NCBI RefSeq assembly: GCF_009914755.1
Contig: NC_060926.1
DNA: 64,000 nt
Direction: 5' to 3' (one strand)
Origin: the human T2T-CHM13v2.0 reference genome, Homo sapiens
Part shown: positions 1-14,624 of the stretch, one piece after another
Layout of the letters: each line of letters opens with the position of its first letter
How positions within the stretch are numbered: position 1 is the stretch's first letter
Made by a program: the position numbers and the translations under genes
The notes under the pieces: model-generated
Database searches by the model: none
Told to the model about the DNA's origin: nothing
What the model saw: the letters and a program-made list of their open reading frames with translations, nothing else

Positions 1-985
1 TATTGATCTCCTGTTATGATACAAATATTATATTCACATTTTAAAGCATAATTAGCTCACATTATTCCTGGATTTTTATTGATTTGAATCAACAAAATGT
101 ACATGAAAGTTTTCCTGGCAGGCAAACTAGCCCAATTAAAAATAATCACTTTTTAGAGGAAATTAATGACATTAATTTTTTAAATTTATACAGTAGTAGT
201 GTATATAAGTACAAAAAGTTACGCTGAATATAATTTCAAACGCTGCAAAATTTTTTTTGTTGTTACTCGTAACAGCGTCTAAATGTGTGCCATAGTTGCA
301 TTGTTCTCATGTTGTTCATGACTTTACACTTCATAGGTGAATACACTGGGATTTTCTTAAATTTTCCTCTTTTAAAATGTTTATCGTGGTATCATGACTT
401 GCGGACTGTAGCCTTGTTTTCAACTCCCTGTCAAAAGAAAAAAAAATCTAATTTAATCTCAAAGTAAATATACTATACAGGTTAATTTGAAAGCTCATTC
501 AAATGTGGTGTCCTCTAAGTCCACTAAAAATATAAAATTATTTATTTTCTATTTTTATAAAGGTAATAATGAATTTATTTTCAGTGCCTTGAAACTTTTC
601 TTGAGACTTGTCTAAAAAGAATGTTAGACTCTTACGCTTCATAGAATTTGTAATGAATTTAGGTATATTTCACAATTGTTAAACGGCAAATGATTGAAGA
701 CTATTAAATGCCCTCAAATTTAAAAGAATAAAGGCATATTATATTTTGTGTTTCATAAAAATTAAACCATTGGTAATTGTTGGTTCAATTTTGAAATGTT
801 AATCCAAGAGTCATACTAGGCTCTGATATGTTGATAGTTTGAGTTCTAGGCACAACAGAAAGCATATGACATGTATTTCCCTTTTAATAGTTTGTGTCTC
901 CACAAGCTATTTCCCCCATTAAAACGTACTTTTTTCTAAATCATTTAATTGTAGAAGACATAACATAGCTAACCTATACATGAAG

Positions 986-1091
986 CTGTGATGATATTTA
1001 ATGAAATAAGAGACCTGCTTATCCTATGATGATATATTAATGCAATAAGAGATCTGCTACATATCTGCTTCTCAGGCTGCTTCTCAGGCTG
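986..1091. repeat. Two small tandem duplications (~38 bp period, then 12 bp period)
   Basis: ctgtgatgatatttaatgaaataagagacctgct recurs as ctatgatgatatattaatgcaataagagatctgct; then ctgcttctcagg x2. Confidence 0.75.
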
Positions 1092-1708
1092 TATTTTATT
1101 ATTTATTTTAAAACGCCATATTTTCTTCATTATGAAAGTGATGCATGTTCATAATAAAATACTTATGAAGCACAGAATAACTATAAGAAAAATGTAAATG
1201 ATGTATAATTCAACCAAGATTTAGTTGGCTATGACTTCTATTTCTCTCATCATCAGCATTCACATTTTTATTTATTTGTTATGATAAACTCAGTTGGAGT
1301 TAACAATTGAATAATTTGTATATACCTATATAAGGCATATTTTATTCAGAATATCTCCATGGCATGGTATATACTCCTATAAGGCATTGTTTGGATTGGC
1401 ATGTTTCCATTTAATATTATTCAATGTTATAATTTTACCATTTGCATAATATTAAATTATATGTCTATTAAAAATTTTACACAGCTAGTAACATGAGATC
1501 ACTTCCATTTTAATGTGGCTAATGTTGGATTTAATATAATCAATTACAGTGATGTTTGTAAATTTCTCAGGAATTAGTGCCTTATGAATTAGCATATATG
1601 TTGAATTTCCCAAGAAGTAGAATTTCAAGACTGAATAATCTATATATTTATTTTTATATAAGATTCTACAGTGTATTCTGATATTTACGATTGAGAACAT
1701 TACATAAA

Positions 1709-1895
1709 CTCAGCCTTCTGAGTAGCTGGGTTTACAGGTGCCTGCCACCACACCCAGATAATATTTTGTATTTTTAGTAGAGTCAGGGTTTCACCATGTT
1801 GGCCATGCTCGTCTTGCACTCCTGACCTCAGGTGATCAGCCAGCCTCAGCTTCCCAAAGTGCTGGGATTAAAGGCCTGAGCCACTGTGCTTGGCC
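1709..1895 (-). mobile_element. AluS fragment lacking its 3' ~100 bp and poly(A) tail
   Basis: Reverse-complement Alu left arm, middle A-rich linker (ttttgtatttttagtagag) and the start of the right arm; ends in ggcc. Confidence 0.92.
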
Positions 1896-4134
1896 TTCTT
1901 GTTTTATTTTTATTGGTTACTTTCTTCTGTGAATTCCCTATGCATTTTTGTTGCCTATTTTTTCAATTAAGTGTTGTTATTATTTATTGACCTTGAAAAT
2001 ATTTTATATGTTAAGATCATGTATATTTCAAATTTCTTCCAAATCTGTCTCTTAGTTTTCTACATGTATTAAACATATCATCACTGCTTTTGAAAAATAA
2101 TGTATAAAGGAGAGTCAAAAGCATGCCTGATTACAAAACAGTAAACTAGTTGCACACAAAAATAATGCCTGTGTTTTTAGCTATAAATACACCTAAAATG
2201 TCTTATTGTGTATCTAGTTATTTATCTACCTATTTATTATCTAAGAACAGTGATACTGGAAACCATGGCTACCTAAAGGCAAATAAACGGAAGACAAAAA
2301 GTTCTGTTTTCTGTACAGAACCATAATAACAAGAATTCATAATACTTCCTCAGAAAGTTTATAACAATATTAAATCATTTAAAATAAAAACTTTTTATTT
2401 TATTTATTTTATTTAAAATAAAATAAAAAAGATAATAAAAATCATTTAAAATCAAATCAAATCAAAAATCATTTATTTAGTGACCTAAATAAACATTTTT
2501 AATTGGTCATTAGTCACTTTTACTCTTTGCTTTAATGAAGTAATTTTCATTTTATCAAGTAAATCAATTCATATGGTATATCTCATTGCTTGTTTACCTC
2601 AATTGAAATCTTCACTGCATAAAAAATGAAAGAAAATTATTTGCACCCAATTTATTTTAAAAAGAAATCATATCCTTACCAGAAATGTGTTTGAAAATAT
2701 AATTTTAATGTTTTCCCTTCTTTTTCACAAAGTAACATTGACTTTTTACCTTTCTTTTGACATTTTTATAAACTAAATTTTTTATTTATTTTGGTTACTT
2801 GTAATCTGTCACATCCACATATAAAACATAGAAAAATGCATTCACATATTGATTAACTCTGCCAATCCACCATGATATACAATTGCTATATTTAGAAAAA
2901 GATTCTCTGGAAAACTACATATTTTATATATGATTTCATTCTTTGAAAAATATGTATATAACTGATGTATATTAATTTTTCTGTTTAATGATCCAGCAGC
3001 CTACAATGCCTACTACAATTATTAAGTGTATTATTTGAGAAATATTTACTCCTGAGGTTTTGTTGTGTTTTTTTTTTAATTAATAACATTTCTTAGCAAA
3101 TAGCTCCCAGAATTTTCTTGTCTGGCATCACATTTCAAATTTTGCAAATCAGTTCATGCCACATCTGCATTGCTTTTTTAACGTAAAACCTTGCTAAGAT
3201 CATTACTAATTCACTTACACATTTTTTTTTAGTTTATCATGGAAATAAGATGTTTCAAGTAAGTTACATTTAAACCAATATGCTTCATAGTAACTTAAAT
3301 AATGAAACTTAAAATTATTTTATTATAGAACCTGGATGTCAGTATTGATATTAAGACAGTGTGTGTCTAACTGTGTGTGTGTATGTGTGTTCTCTGATAA
3401 ATTATCCTCTGAAATACTCTGCCTTGAGAAATGAAATGATATATTTTAAATGGTACTGTGAAAGTACCAAGCTTGCTGAAGCATTTATTTATTTGAACAT
3501 AAAATATGAAATTTCAACAAAGTTCTTCTAGAAGTAATAAAATGTGAATCATATGTTTAGAAATGTCCACGTGATATTAAGCCATTGGGTTTTTCCAAGA
3601 AAATGTATTTTTAAAAAATAGCACACTTGTTTGGTCAACATGGAGCAGTAATGGCTTCAATTTCTTCAAATAGTTATCTGTTCAAGGAAGAAAAAATCAT
3701 TAAGCCTTTTTATTTCTCTACAACCAACCACCTAGAACCTCCCAGAATTTAATCTTATAAAGATTAAATTGGAAAAATGTATGTAAAATATTTGGCATAC
3801 TTCCTGGTGTTTGTGATTAATCGGTGTTGTGTTTCAACTTATTATTTTCCTTAGTTTGTGAAACGATGAGCTGTCAGCCAAAATCTATGTAGATTTCAAC
3901 TCCTAAAAATAGTAACAAAATGCTAACTGCTACAATATATGGAATTTTAATGTGAGTTGCTATTTAAATTTTGATATTTTACTTTTTAGACTTCTCTAAT
4001 AATAATAATAAATATATCTATCTTGACTTTTTGTTGCCCTTGGGCTGATGACACTTGGGTTATCAGAGATGGATTTGAGTGTACAGGAATACTTATACTC
4101 ACATGTATTCTTAGAGTTTTTGTACATCTCAGTA

Positions 4135-4330
4135 TATTATTCATTCATTTGATAAATATTTAATGAGTATTTAAAATCATCAGTTAACTTGTGCACTTCT
4201 AGGAATATTGGAGAACAAGGATGAGTTTTTCTACTGATGGAATTTATCTGCCAAAATTGATAGCTATTAGATAATCATGCTAACTAATTTATAGTTGTCA
4301 TCTGAGATAACTGCTTTGAAGAAAAGAGAG
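4135..4330 (-). mobile_element. L2 3' end, highly diverged
   Basis: attcattcatttgataaatatttaatgagt...ttctaggaatattggagaacaag resembles the reverse complement of the L2 tail. Confidence 0.55.
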
Positions 4331-6339
4331 ATGATCTTTGTGAGCACACAACAAAGCAGCCTTACTTAGACAGTAGAGTTGCTTTGTATGGGACACGGAT
4401 GATGCTGAGCGCTCAGTACCAGCTACTCGTATGTGAGCATTATGTTATATTTGTCTTTCTGTCTCCAGTGACAAGCACAGTAACTAGCAAGTAATCAAAC
4501 TATTTATTCAACTGACTTTATGTGACAAAACTTTTTAAATCACCTTATGTTGTCATCACTATAAGAAGAATAGATATTATTATTAAAATTAATGAATAAA
4601 AGCATGTGATCAGAAGATACGTAAATAATTTTGGAAATATATCTTAGGTTTCATGAAGACAATATTTTTAAATAAAATGTATTGTTTATAAAATATTAAG
4701 AAAACACTTGCTGTCATATAAACCTATACAAGAATTAAATATATGCTTTTAGAAGCATGACCAGAAAGAAATCCTATTTACCATTTGTTTTACACAAACT
4801 TAAGTAGCAAAATTAATTGTGCTCACTAGAACACCAATCACCACATATAAAGATTAGAGTCCTGGTCACATGTTATTGGTATATTTAAATGGTTATAGGA
4901 TAGATTAGTGAATATCAATGAATATCATAAAATATAATAGATAATGGCACTTCATCCCACTCTTTGTTAGTATATAACCTTTGGGTCATTATATTGCATT
5001 CTGTAAACACTGACAAAATTGATTATAGCAGAAGATTGTTGTGGACTGACTTGTTTCTTTTAAAAAATGTTTAATAGATAAGTAGTAAAAACTAAATATT
5101 ATAGATTAGATAACTAGGAGGTTACGGTAATATCCTACTCCCTCACATCACTTTGCTGTTATCACCAGTTATTTAGGGAAATATAGGTACAGCCATAGGA
5201 AGCTAGGATCCACTTAGCTTTAATGGAAAGGATACTCCCTTTGGGGAAAGGAGTTGTGTGGAGTGGGAGGGAGTGGGCTGGCTCTAAGAGAAGAAAGTTT
5301 TCTTTCATGCCTTTAAATTAATGAATATCACCTGCAGGTCTCAGCGCTAGGATCAAAAGCTAATGGATTAAAAGTGGGAGTAATTGGTTCAAATGTTAAT
5401 GAACCTAAAAGATTATCAGGAACATTCAAGGATAATTTTGTGGTATTTCATGTTGGCCTTTTAAATAATTTAAAAACAACTGTTAGTTGTTGAAAGATAT
5501 ACTATCTATACACTTTTAAGGTTTTACAATTGTTAATATCCCATCAATACATGTTATGACCATTGGAGTGTGTTTGTTCACAGGGTATATTTAAATAAAT
5601 GTTAACAGTTTAATCATCATGGCTTCTTATTTCAAATACTGCTAATATGGTGTTAATCTACATTGCATAAACTGTATTTAGTGAAGTAAACAAAGCTATT
5701 TTAAAATTTAATTGAACAAAATTCATATAGAACAAAAAGCAATCATAAATTTAAGCAACGTTTAAATTTTATACTGGGTTTTGAGCCACTGTTGACAATT
5801 TTTAATTTTGATTTTTAATTTAGGGTTGCTTTATTTGATATAGAAACTATTAATAATGTGGTAAATATGTAAGTTGTATTAAATCAAAAAATTCTAAATG
5901 TCAACAGCTATTTGTACATTTCTATGTAAATGATACAATTTTCTAGTTTGTAAAGATAGCTTTTGGTGGCCCTTTAAATTAAAGACAGCTTTTATTTAAA
6001 TATATTTATGTTAACTACAAGATTAAGTTTGATAATAAGTCTCTAAAGGAGGTATTTTATATGCTTTTTTGTATATAAACCTGTGAAAAATATTTCTGGA
6101 GTTCTAGAAAACAGTATTGAAAAATTCAAGTATTGGAAAGTATATGACAATATAAATAGAAAAAACTATATAGCTTCAAAAATAGAAACAAACATATAAA
6201 TATTTATTACAAATGATATACTACACACTTACATCTTTGGTTAAATACACAAATATATATTTTTAGTTAATTAAATCTTTGTGCTATCAATATGAATTTT
6301 CAACATTATTGCTGCTGCATATGTCACGATAGTCTTTTT

Positions 6340-7500
6340 TTAACTTATTATTTTTTCAAAACCCCTGTAATAACTTTCATTTACTCCTTTTTGTTGATAT
6401 GTTTTGTCTTCTTAGTACTTTTACTTAACCTGTTTCTAAATATATGTCAATTTTATTATTTAAAAAAACAAGATTTAGTTTCTTAGATTTCTACTGTATT
6501 TTTTCTTGTCTATTTCATTGCTTTCTTCATTTATTTTTGTTTTTTTCTTCCACTTTCTTAAATTTTTTTTTTTTTAGTTTCTTGAGTTGAAGACAGATAG
6601 AAATTCAGATTACAGATAATCAGCCTGCCATTATATATCTGGAGAGAGAAATATTTGAGGATTTTCTTTTTTTATTTAATTTCTAACTTTAAAGTTCAGG
6701 GGTACATGTGCAGGATGTAGGATGTGCAGTTTTGTTGCATAGGTAAACGTGTACCATGCTTGTTTGCTGCACAGATCATCCCATCACCCAGGTATTAAGC
6801 CCAGCATCCATTAAATATTCTTCCTGATGACCTTCCTCCTCCCACCCCCAACCATCTGACAGGTCCCAGTGTGTGTTGTTTCCCCAGGTGTCCATGTGTT
6901 CTCATCATTCAGCTCCCACTTGTAAGAACATGGGGTATTTGTCTTTCTGTTCCTGTGTTAGTTTGCTAAACATAATGGCCTCCAGCTCCATCCATGTCCC
7001 TGCAAAGGACATGATCTCGTTCCTTTTTATGGAGGTATAGTATTCCATGGTGTATATATACCACATTTTCTTTATCCAGCCTATCATTGATGGGCATTTA
7101 GGTTGATTCCATGTCTTTGCTATTGTGAATAGTGCTACAATGAACATACATGTGAATGTATCTTTATAATAGAACAATGTATATTCCTTTAGGTATATAC
7201 CCAGTAATAGGATTGCTGGTATGATTCTGCTGTGGTCAGAAACATATTTTCTGTATATTTTACTAATTTAAATTTTTTCTGACTAAACTTAAGGCCCAGG
7301 ATATAGTCCATTTTGGTAAGTATTCTTTCTGTACTTGTAAACAATGTGTGTTTTGCAGTTGCTGGATGGAAATTACATGTATTTCAATGTCTTTACACTT
7401 TTTGGTGATTTTATTCAGTTCCTAAAAGTAGGGTGTGTTAAAATATTTAAGTGTGCTGTAGATGTGTCTATTTCTCGTACTAGTTCTATATCTGCTTTTG
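6340..7500 (-). mobile_element. Old L1M ORF2 remnants, interrupted by the L1PA at 6665-7219
   Basis: T-rich antisense ORF2-like sequence on both sides, e.g. ggcccaggatatagtccattttggtaagtattc...tgtgttttgcagttgctggatgg. Confidence 0.55.
6665..7219 (-). mobile_element. L1PA 3' end (approx. L1PA10-13), 5'-truncated
   Basis: ORF 6905-7177 encodes the ORF2 C-terminus (YKDT.TCMFIVALFTIAKTWNQPKCPS...); L1PA 3'UTR and poly(T). Confidence 0.93.
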
Positions 7501-7502
7501 AA

Positions 7503-7640
7503 TTGTTTGTTATTGATGTTACATTCACATAATATAAAATTAAATCTTTTAAAGTGTACATTTCTATGAGCTTTAATAATAGTGTATAGCTACTACCTAT
7601 GTGAATTCCAAAATATTTTAATCACCCCAAGAAAAAGTTA
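7503..7640 (-). mobile_element. L1MB/L1ME-like 3' end fragment
   Basis: acattcacataatataaaatt...ttttaaagtgtaca...aaaatattttaatcaccccaagaaaa. Confidence 0.6.
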
Positions 7641-7699
7641 TTTCTAACATTTTACTTTTATTTCTGATTCAGTAATTGCTGGATTGCTATAAAAGTTTA

Positions 7700-7908
7700 A
7701 TTTTTTAATATAATTTCAGCTTTTATTTTACATCTAAGGGAAAGAGATGCAGGTTTGTTACATAGCTACATTGCATGAAGCTGGGGTTGGGATATGAATG
7801 ATCTTGTCACCCAGGTAGTGAACATAGTACCCAATAGTTAGTTTTTCCTTCCGTGCCCTACTCCCTGCCATCTTTATGCCCACGAGTACCAAGGTTTAAC
7901 TCCTACTT
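7700..7908 (-). mobile_element. L1PA15/16-like 3' end fragment
   Basis: tgcaggtttgttacatag...gtcacccaggtagtgaacatagtacccaatagttagtttttc. Confidence 0.8.
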
Positions 7909-8173
7909 GACAACAGCAAAAATAGCAGAACAGGCAGCTCCAGGGGCCTGTTCTTCCACAGAAACACCACTCACTATTTCTAAATAAATATTCTTCAGTT
8001 TTTGTTTTAAAATATTTAAAATTTTATATACTTTCTGAGGAAATATACATTATTATTATTATTGCCCTGGACAGACAAGACAGTCTTTTGTCTTCCAATT
8101 TATATGGCTTTAGGTAGCCATTCTTTCCAAATATTACCTTTCAAGTTAGATATGTTAGATGATCGATAGATAC

Positions 8174-8175
<2 letters not shown>

Positions 8176-8208
<33 letters not shown>
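8176..8208. repeat. (AG)n microsatellite
   Basis: About 16 uninterrupted AG units. Confidence 0.97.
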
Positions 8209-8212
<4 letters not shown>

Positions 8213-9514
8213 GATAGGGGTAAGGCATTTTTAGTTATATTTATAGCTGTAAAGGCAGATCTTGTTTTTGTCTGGTACTACTTGACTGTTTTGTAACCAT
8301 GCCTGCCTATGAATTCTCTTTATTCTTCATTTTTCAAAAGCAGTGATGCTATGTTTAATACACATACAAAATTAAGAGACGTTTTAAATTTGGAATACAT
8401 TTAAAACATGGGTTATCTTGACAAAGTTGATTCTGACAGATTGTGCTAAATTTATTAGTGTTTCTGTGGGGGGATGGGCCCTTAGAATTCCCTATTCTTC
8501 CATTTCTGCTGATGTGTTACTACATGCTTTTGTATTTTAAAACTGTATTATGAATTGTATATACATTGAGAGTTGAAATATCTTCTTGCCTAATTTAGTC
8601 TTTTATCATTTAGGAATATCTATCCTCATCACTAGTCGTATTTTATAGCCTAAAATCTAATATGCTTGATATGATATATTAACTCTGTGTATTAAATATA
8701 TATCAGTTTTTCTGTGAGCTTAACTTTTTTAGTATATCTTTCCCTTCTTTTACTCTCAAATAGTCATGCTCTTAATATTTGTATGTCTCTTGTATGCCTC
8801 ATATTATTTGTAGTGTATCTTATTCAGTCTAAAAATATTTGCTTTGAAAAGAAAGTAGAGGAGACCTATATAAATAGTAGAATTTATTATATTAGTGGTT
8901 TGGAAGGCCCAAAACTGTAGTTATTATATTTTCCCAAATTGATTTACATATTCATTACTTTTTCAATACAAATTCGAGTATTGGAAAGAAAGGGTACTCA
9001 CAAGCTGATTTTTAAAATGTAGACTTTTTCCTTGCTCCTTTGGAGTTTTGCTATGCATTTGTCTAAATGTGATTTCCTTTCTACTTATCTATTTATTCTG
9101 CTTGGAGTTCAAAGAACGTGATGAATCTTTGGCATTTTGTCCATCAATTTTTCAGTATATCTTCAACTGTTGCCATTGACACATTCATTCTACTGCGTCT
9201 TCTGGTGCTCCCGTAATGTATATGTCAGGCCTTGTCACTGATTCCCATGTGTCTGGTAGAATATTTTTCTTTATCTTATCTTTTTTCTTCCCTCTGTGAT
9301 TCAGAAAAAATATATTTTCTGTCAACCTGTATTTTAGCTTAAACATCTTTTCTTCCTGTTAATCTACTGTTGAAATACAATACTTTTAACTTCAGTAATG
9401 ATCTTTGTAACTTTTAGTATTTCTATTTTATTTCATTTTCCATTTATCAATTGAGCATTTTGATTGAATTTCTTTCCTTAACATGTAAATTATACTTCTT
9501 TTTGCCACTTTTTA

Positions 9515-9839
9515 TTTTTATTTATTTATTTATTTATTTTTATTTATTTTATTTTTTTTGAGACGGAGTCTCGCTCTATCACCCAGGCTGGAGTGCAGTG
9601 GCGCGATCTCGGCTCACTGCAAGCTCCGCCTCCCGGGTTCACGCCATTCTCGTGCCTCAGCCTACTGGTAGCTGGGACTACAGGCGCCCGCCACCACGCC
9701 CAGCTTATTTTTTGTATTTTTAGTAGAGACGGGGTTTCACCGTGTTAGCCAGGATAGTCTCGATATCCGGACCTCGTGATCTGCCCATCTCGGCCTCCCA
9801 AAGTGCTGGGATTACAGGCGTGAGCCACCACGCCCGGCC
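9515..9839 (-). mobile_element. AluY, full length, (TTTA)n-type tail, 17 bp TSD
   Basis: AluY diagnostics (ctgcaagctccgcc, cacgccattctc, ccgtgttagccagg); TSD ctttttgccacttttta at 9498-9514 and 9840-9856. Confidence 0.97.
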
Positions 9840-10125
9840 CTTTTTGCCACTTTTTAAAATGTTTGTCTTAGAGTTTGCAATATACATTTACAACTACTCC
9901 AAGTCTATTTTTAAACAACATTGTACAACTTCATGGATAATACAAGTACCCTATAATACAGGTAACAATGTATTTCCAGTTCCTTCTTCTATACTTTATA
10001 TTATTCCTGTCATTCATTTCACTTATCCATAAGCTATAAAGCTATAATCACAGAATACATTGTTTTATTATTTTGAACCAAACATTATTTGGTAGATCAA
10101 TTGCTAATAAAAATAATAGTTTTTC

Positions 10126-10414
<289 letters not shown>

Positions 10415-12689
10415 TCACTCATTACTTCACTTATGCTCTTCCTTTATGTAGACCTCTCTTCTGTCTCTCTGGTAACTTCTAGTCACCCTGCCCATAGACA
10501 AATTTTCATAAGTTGAAAGCTAAAATGATACATAATTCCGCAGTGTATATATATTATTTTTTGATAATTTTGTCTTCAAAATATTGAAAACTGATTTACT
10601 TCCCTCTACTAAGTTACCTGTAAGAAAGTGAACATAATTCTTCATTGTAATTGTGTTTTTAAATACAGAATATGGCCACTGTATCAGGAAAGGGTTTGGC
10701 CAGATTCTGTTTTGATTACTTTCAGGATCTGTAATATCAATATAATGAATTTCATATTTTCTTTGTGTCTAAGTTCAAATAGACGCACTTACTGACAAGC
10801 TCTGCATATTTCAGTAATTACAATGCCTCTCTAAAACTATTTTCTACTCTATAAAAAGAATAATAATATTATATACCTCACTTGCTTTTTGTTAGTGTTT
10901 AACTTATACCATATACTGTATTTAGTTACTGCTTGACTGTACTTAGCATACTTCTTGACAAGTATTACTCAATAACTAGCCAATTTATGAATATTACTAT
11001 AATTATATTCATTGCTAATTGCAGAAAATTTTTAGGATCTTTTAAATTGCATGGCATCATTAGTGTTGATGAGCCAATTTTACCAACTTAAAATAAGAGC
11101 TCCCACCTATTTATTAAATTATTGCTAAAATTACTCTGAGATAGTTCTGCATCTGACATCAGGGATTTTACTATTATAACTTGCATTTGTGTCACCTTGG
11201 ACTATTATAAATAGGAGGTGACAAATATGTAAACTATATATTATGTTTTATGCTTGTTCTTTTCAGTTTCTTTAACATTTCATACAGTGCCAGACTGAAT
11301 TAGCTATTTCTGTCTAATTGACAAATGCAACAATGTATTGGGCTAAGTGCTTAGAGAGTTGCAACAAGAGAGATTTTTTACTTCAGTGTCAAGATCCTGT
11401 CACTGCTGCAGGCTATTTACCTTGTTTCAATAGCAAGGTCACCATCAGAGTCACCTGCCTTTTTGGATATGAAAAACTTGTTGGCAGAAAAGACGTTTGG
11501 AATTCTTACAGCTGGTCGAGAGGGACAGAAGATTTCAATATGCTGCATATGACAAAAAATAGATTTTGGGTTTTTTCCCCCTACATAGCTGACTTTGTTT
11601 TAGCTAGTGTTGTTACCTTTGCCTCTGCCATTATTTATACCTTGGATAATGACAGAACAGGCCCATGTCTCAGCGTTTCAGCCATTTTTAGCCAGAGCAC
11701 ATATGCAATATGATTTCATCAATGTGTTTTGCCTTATATTGGCTAATGATGTTTATTTTCCTTATATTGGCTCACAAGATTCTTTTTGTTTCATTTTTAC
11801 TCATCTGTACAAGTCATCTTTTTTTTTTACAAAATTTAACTTTCTGTTACATAATTTTATTCTAACCAAATATATGTGTAATCTTTCTCCAAAATCCATC
11901 TCCTCACTTAAAAAATTATTACTCCCTTCTCTATTATATATGTTATGAATGTTTCCCATATGAGTTTTTTTTACTTTTTGATTATGTTTTTACAAATCAA
12001 TTGTATTATTATTTATCAACAGTAAGCATTATTATTAATGAACAATAGTTAATGCACTAAACTAGACAGCATAAAGAATCAAAGAACTATGATTTTTCAG
12101 TTTTCACTTTCCTCATATTTGTACATATAAAGGAACTAATATCCTTCACACCAAGGCTTCATCAGAGGTCTGATTTATGACAAACACCAGGAGGCACAAA
12201 ATTGAAAAAAGCATCAGCCTCTGCAGCCTGTAAAGATTGGGATACATTTTTGTTGGCTGTAGACTCCATATTTTGTGGGTCACGTTTAAACTCCATTGCA
12301 GATCCTTAGTCTCTGGTTTCTAATCTCCCTGTTTACCCTATTGGGTAGGTTGACTCAGGTTATCACCTTGTGTTTTTGCCTTGTTTTGCTGTTTCTTTTG
12401 ATGATAAGTTCTCTCTAAAATTGTAACTTTCCTATGAATATCAGCACAAACAAAAAATAAAATATTTCTCTCTGGCACACTGCAGTTTAGATTTTTCTAC
12501 ACTTGAACGCCTTTAGTTCCTGAGAGAGCTTCTCCTAAATTGAGGAAGAACAAGTTTGGGTGTCTGTCTCAGGATGTGACATGAGAGGACACTGAAAATC
12601 AGGTATACGTAAGCTGAAAAACGTTTCAAAAAGGAGAGAAGATTGAGTATAACCAAGAATGTCAAAGGAAAATGTTCACACTGGTTGTA

Positions 12690-12890
12690 TGCTCACTAAA
12701 TCCCTAGTCCTTTCCGCTTGTGAACTTTCACACCTTTATAATTAAATAGGCACCATTCTTATCCCCATTTTATAAGTGAGTAAATCAAGTCATAGAGAGG
12801 ATAAGTAACTTAAGGTCTTGCAGTCAACAAGTGGTCACAGCAAAATTTGAACCCTAGCAGTTTGCCTGCCCACAGCACACGCTGTTATTG
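12690..12890 (-). mobile_element. MIR
   Basis: MIR core: ttatccccattttataagtgagtaaa...agagaggataagtaactt...aaggtc...atttgaaccc. Confidence 0.8.
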
Positions 12891-13045
12891 TTATATCATT
12901 ATACTAGAAGTGCTACCGAGTATCAGGTGTGATAGCAAAAGTAAGTGCAAAAGAGATACCTGTATGTGCCTAACATTGATAAAGCTGAAAAATTACTTGA
13001 GTTGGTAACTGTGATAGTTAAGACAATAACCTCTTATGAATAATG

Positions 13046-13172
13046 AGGTTGACAATATAATTTATCATCCAGACCTGAACACTTTTGAGGATGAAAAGGG
13101 ACTATTAATAATTATTTTGAGACAACAGGCTTAATTCAGGGCCATCTTTAGTAATCTGGAAATTAGATCAGT
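13046..13172 (+). mobile_element. MER81-like hAT MITE
   Basis: gttgacaatataatttatcatccagacctgaacacttttgag...ctattaataattat...gacaacagg matches the recalled MER81 consensus. Confidence 0.7.
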
Positions 13173-14624
13173 TAATGTATGAGTGGCATCCCCAATAGTT
13201 CAGGTGCAGCAAATAGGGCCAACACAGAAGATTGTTACACTGATCTAGCCAGTGGGAGTAAGCCAGGAAATAACTGTTTTGTACCAATTTTTATGTAAAC
13301 ATTTCCTGCCATGGGCAGGTTACTTACTACATTTATTATAGGTTTTCAGAAAGTAATATTACACCTTGCAGAATATCCTTTACAGAATTTCATTTTGAAA
13401 TGCTGCTCACTTGATTTCTATTTCAGAATATGACAAAAAATAACCATATGAAATCCCTTGCTGCACCTGTTTCAAGATAGGTTTGTGACAAGTGTACATT
13501 ATATCATCCAGTATCCTTTCTAAAAATGTGACACATGAAATATTCCATTTAGAAATCAATGTTAGAAAAATGTTTTCTCTAAAATAGATAGGTTTACTTT
13601 TCTTTAATTATGAAAATTAGTTCATTCTGTTTTAATTTGGCCTGCAGAATATGTTGTCTCTTCTAATCTGCATTCTTGTCTTCTCAAGTACTTGGTCTTC
13701 AGTATCTATGTATATTTATATTTTTTCTTGTCTGGATTTTCTATTTCAATTTTCTGTTTTTAAAATATTATAAGTACTTTTTTTGTACACAGCTTTAAAT
13801 CCTTCATAAATGGGATTGAACAAAGTATTGTAGATACATTTATGTTGTAGCAAACCAGTACAATCTAAATAGAGCTTTAACAGTGATCCTTCTGTAGACA
13901 ACTATCGACAATGTTTTTTGTTTAGTATCTTTACAGGAAAATACCTAAACTAATGTCCACTGATTGCATCATCAGTGTTTCTGAATAGCTAATTTATGTA
14001 TACTTTATCCTCTAAACCAAAATAAAGGCAGCGCTGTTCAGAAATGCTTCAATTCTTGCCACTAGCTCCCCTAAGTGGGGAAGGCTGGCATAACACTGAT
14101 TAAATACTTAGGTGTCAAACCTTCTGCACAAAAGCCAGCGAGAGTCATACCTACACCAAAGATCTCTTATTACATTTCTTAAAATGCTGTCAAGATGAAA
14201 ATACGGCAGGCCATATAAGAAAACAGGTCCTGGTATATTTAATATGAAAATTCATAGCAAAGGAATTTTGTAAGGGTTGAAATTTGGAAGAGCATAGACC
14301 TGTGCCTGATTAGATGTGTTATATATTAAACCTAGTGAACAAAGAGTTGTCACATTATCCCTGATTCTAGAACAACCACAACTTGAAAGGAGCTTGCCTC
14401 ATTGTGTTCCTCCTCAATATACTGAATTACTTTTAGATATAGAAATTTACTTGGTAGAAGTCATTAATATCTGTACTATAACTAAATGTGAATATAAAGA
14501 CCATAATTTAAACCATAGTAGATAAAAAAGGATTGGAGAATAGAGAAGAAACTAAGAAACTCCTCAAAAACTGGGTAAAGGAAACATAGGGCCTAGATTG
14601 ATTTGCCATCAGTCAAAGGAACAT

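Noticed and set aside
2380-2480. AT-rich quasi-palindrome
   Set aside because: Low-complexity T-run/A-run juxtaposition, expected by chance at this AT content.
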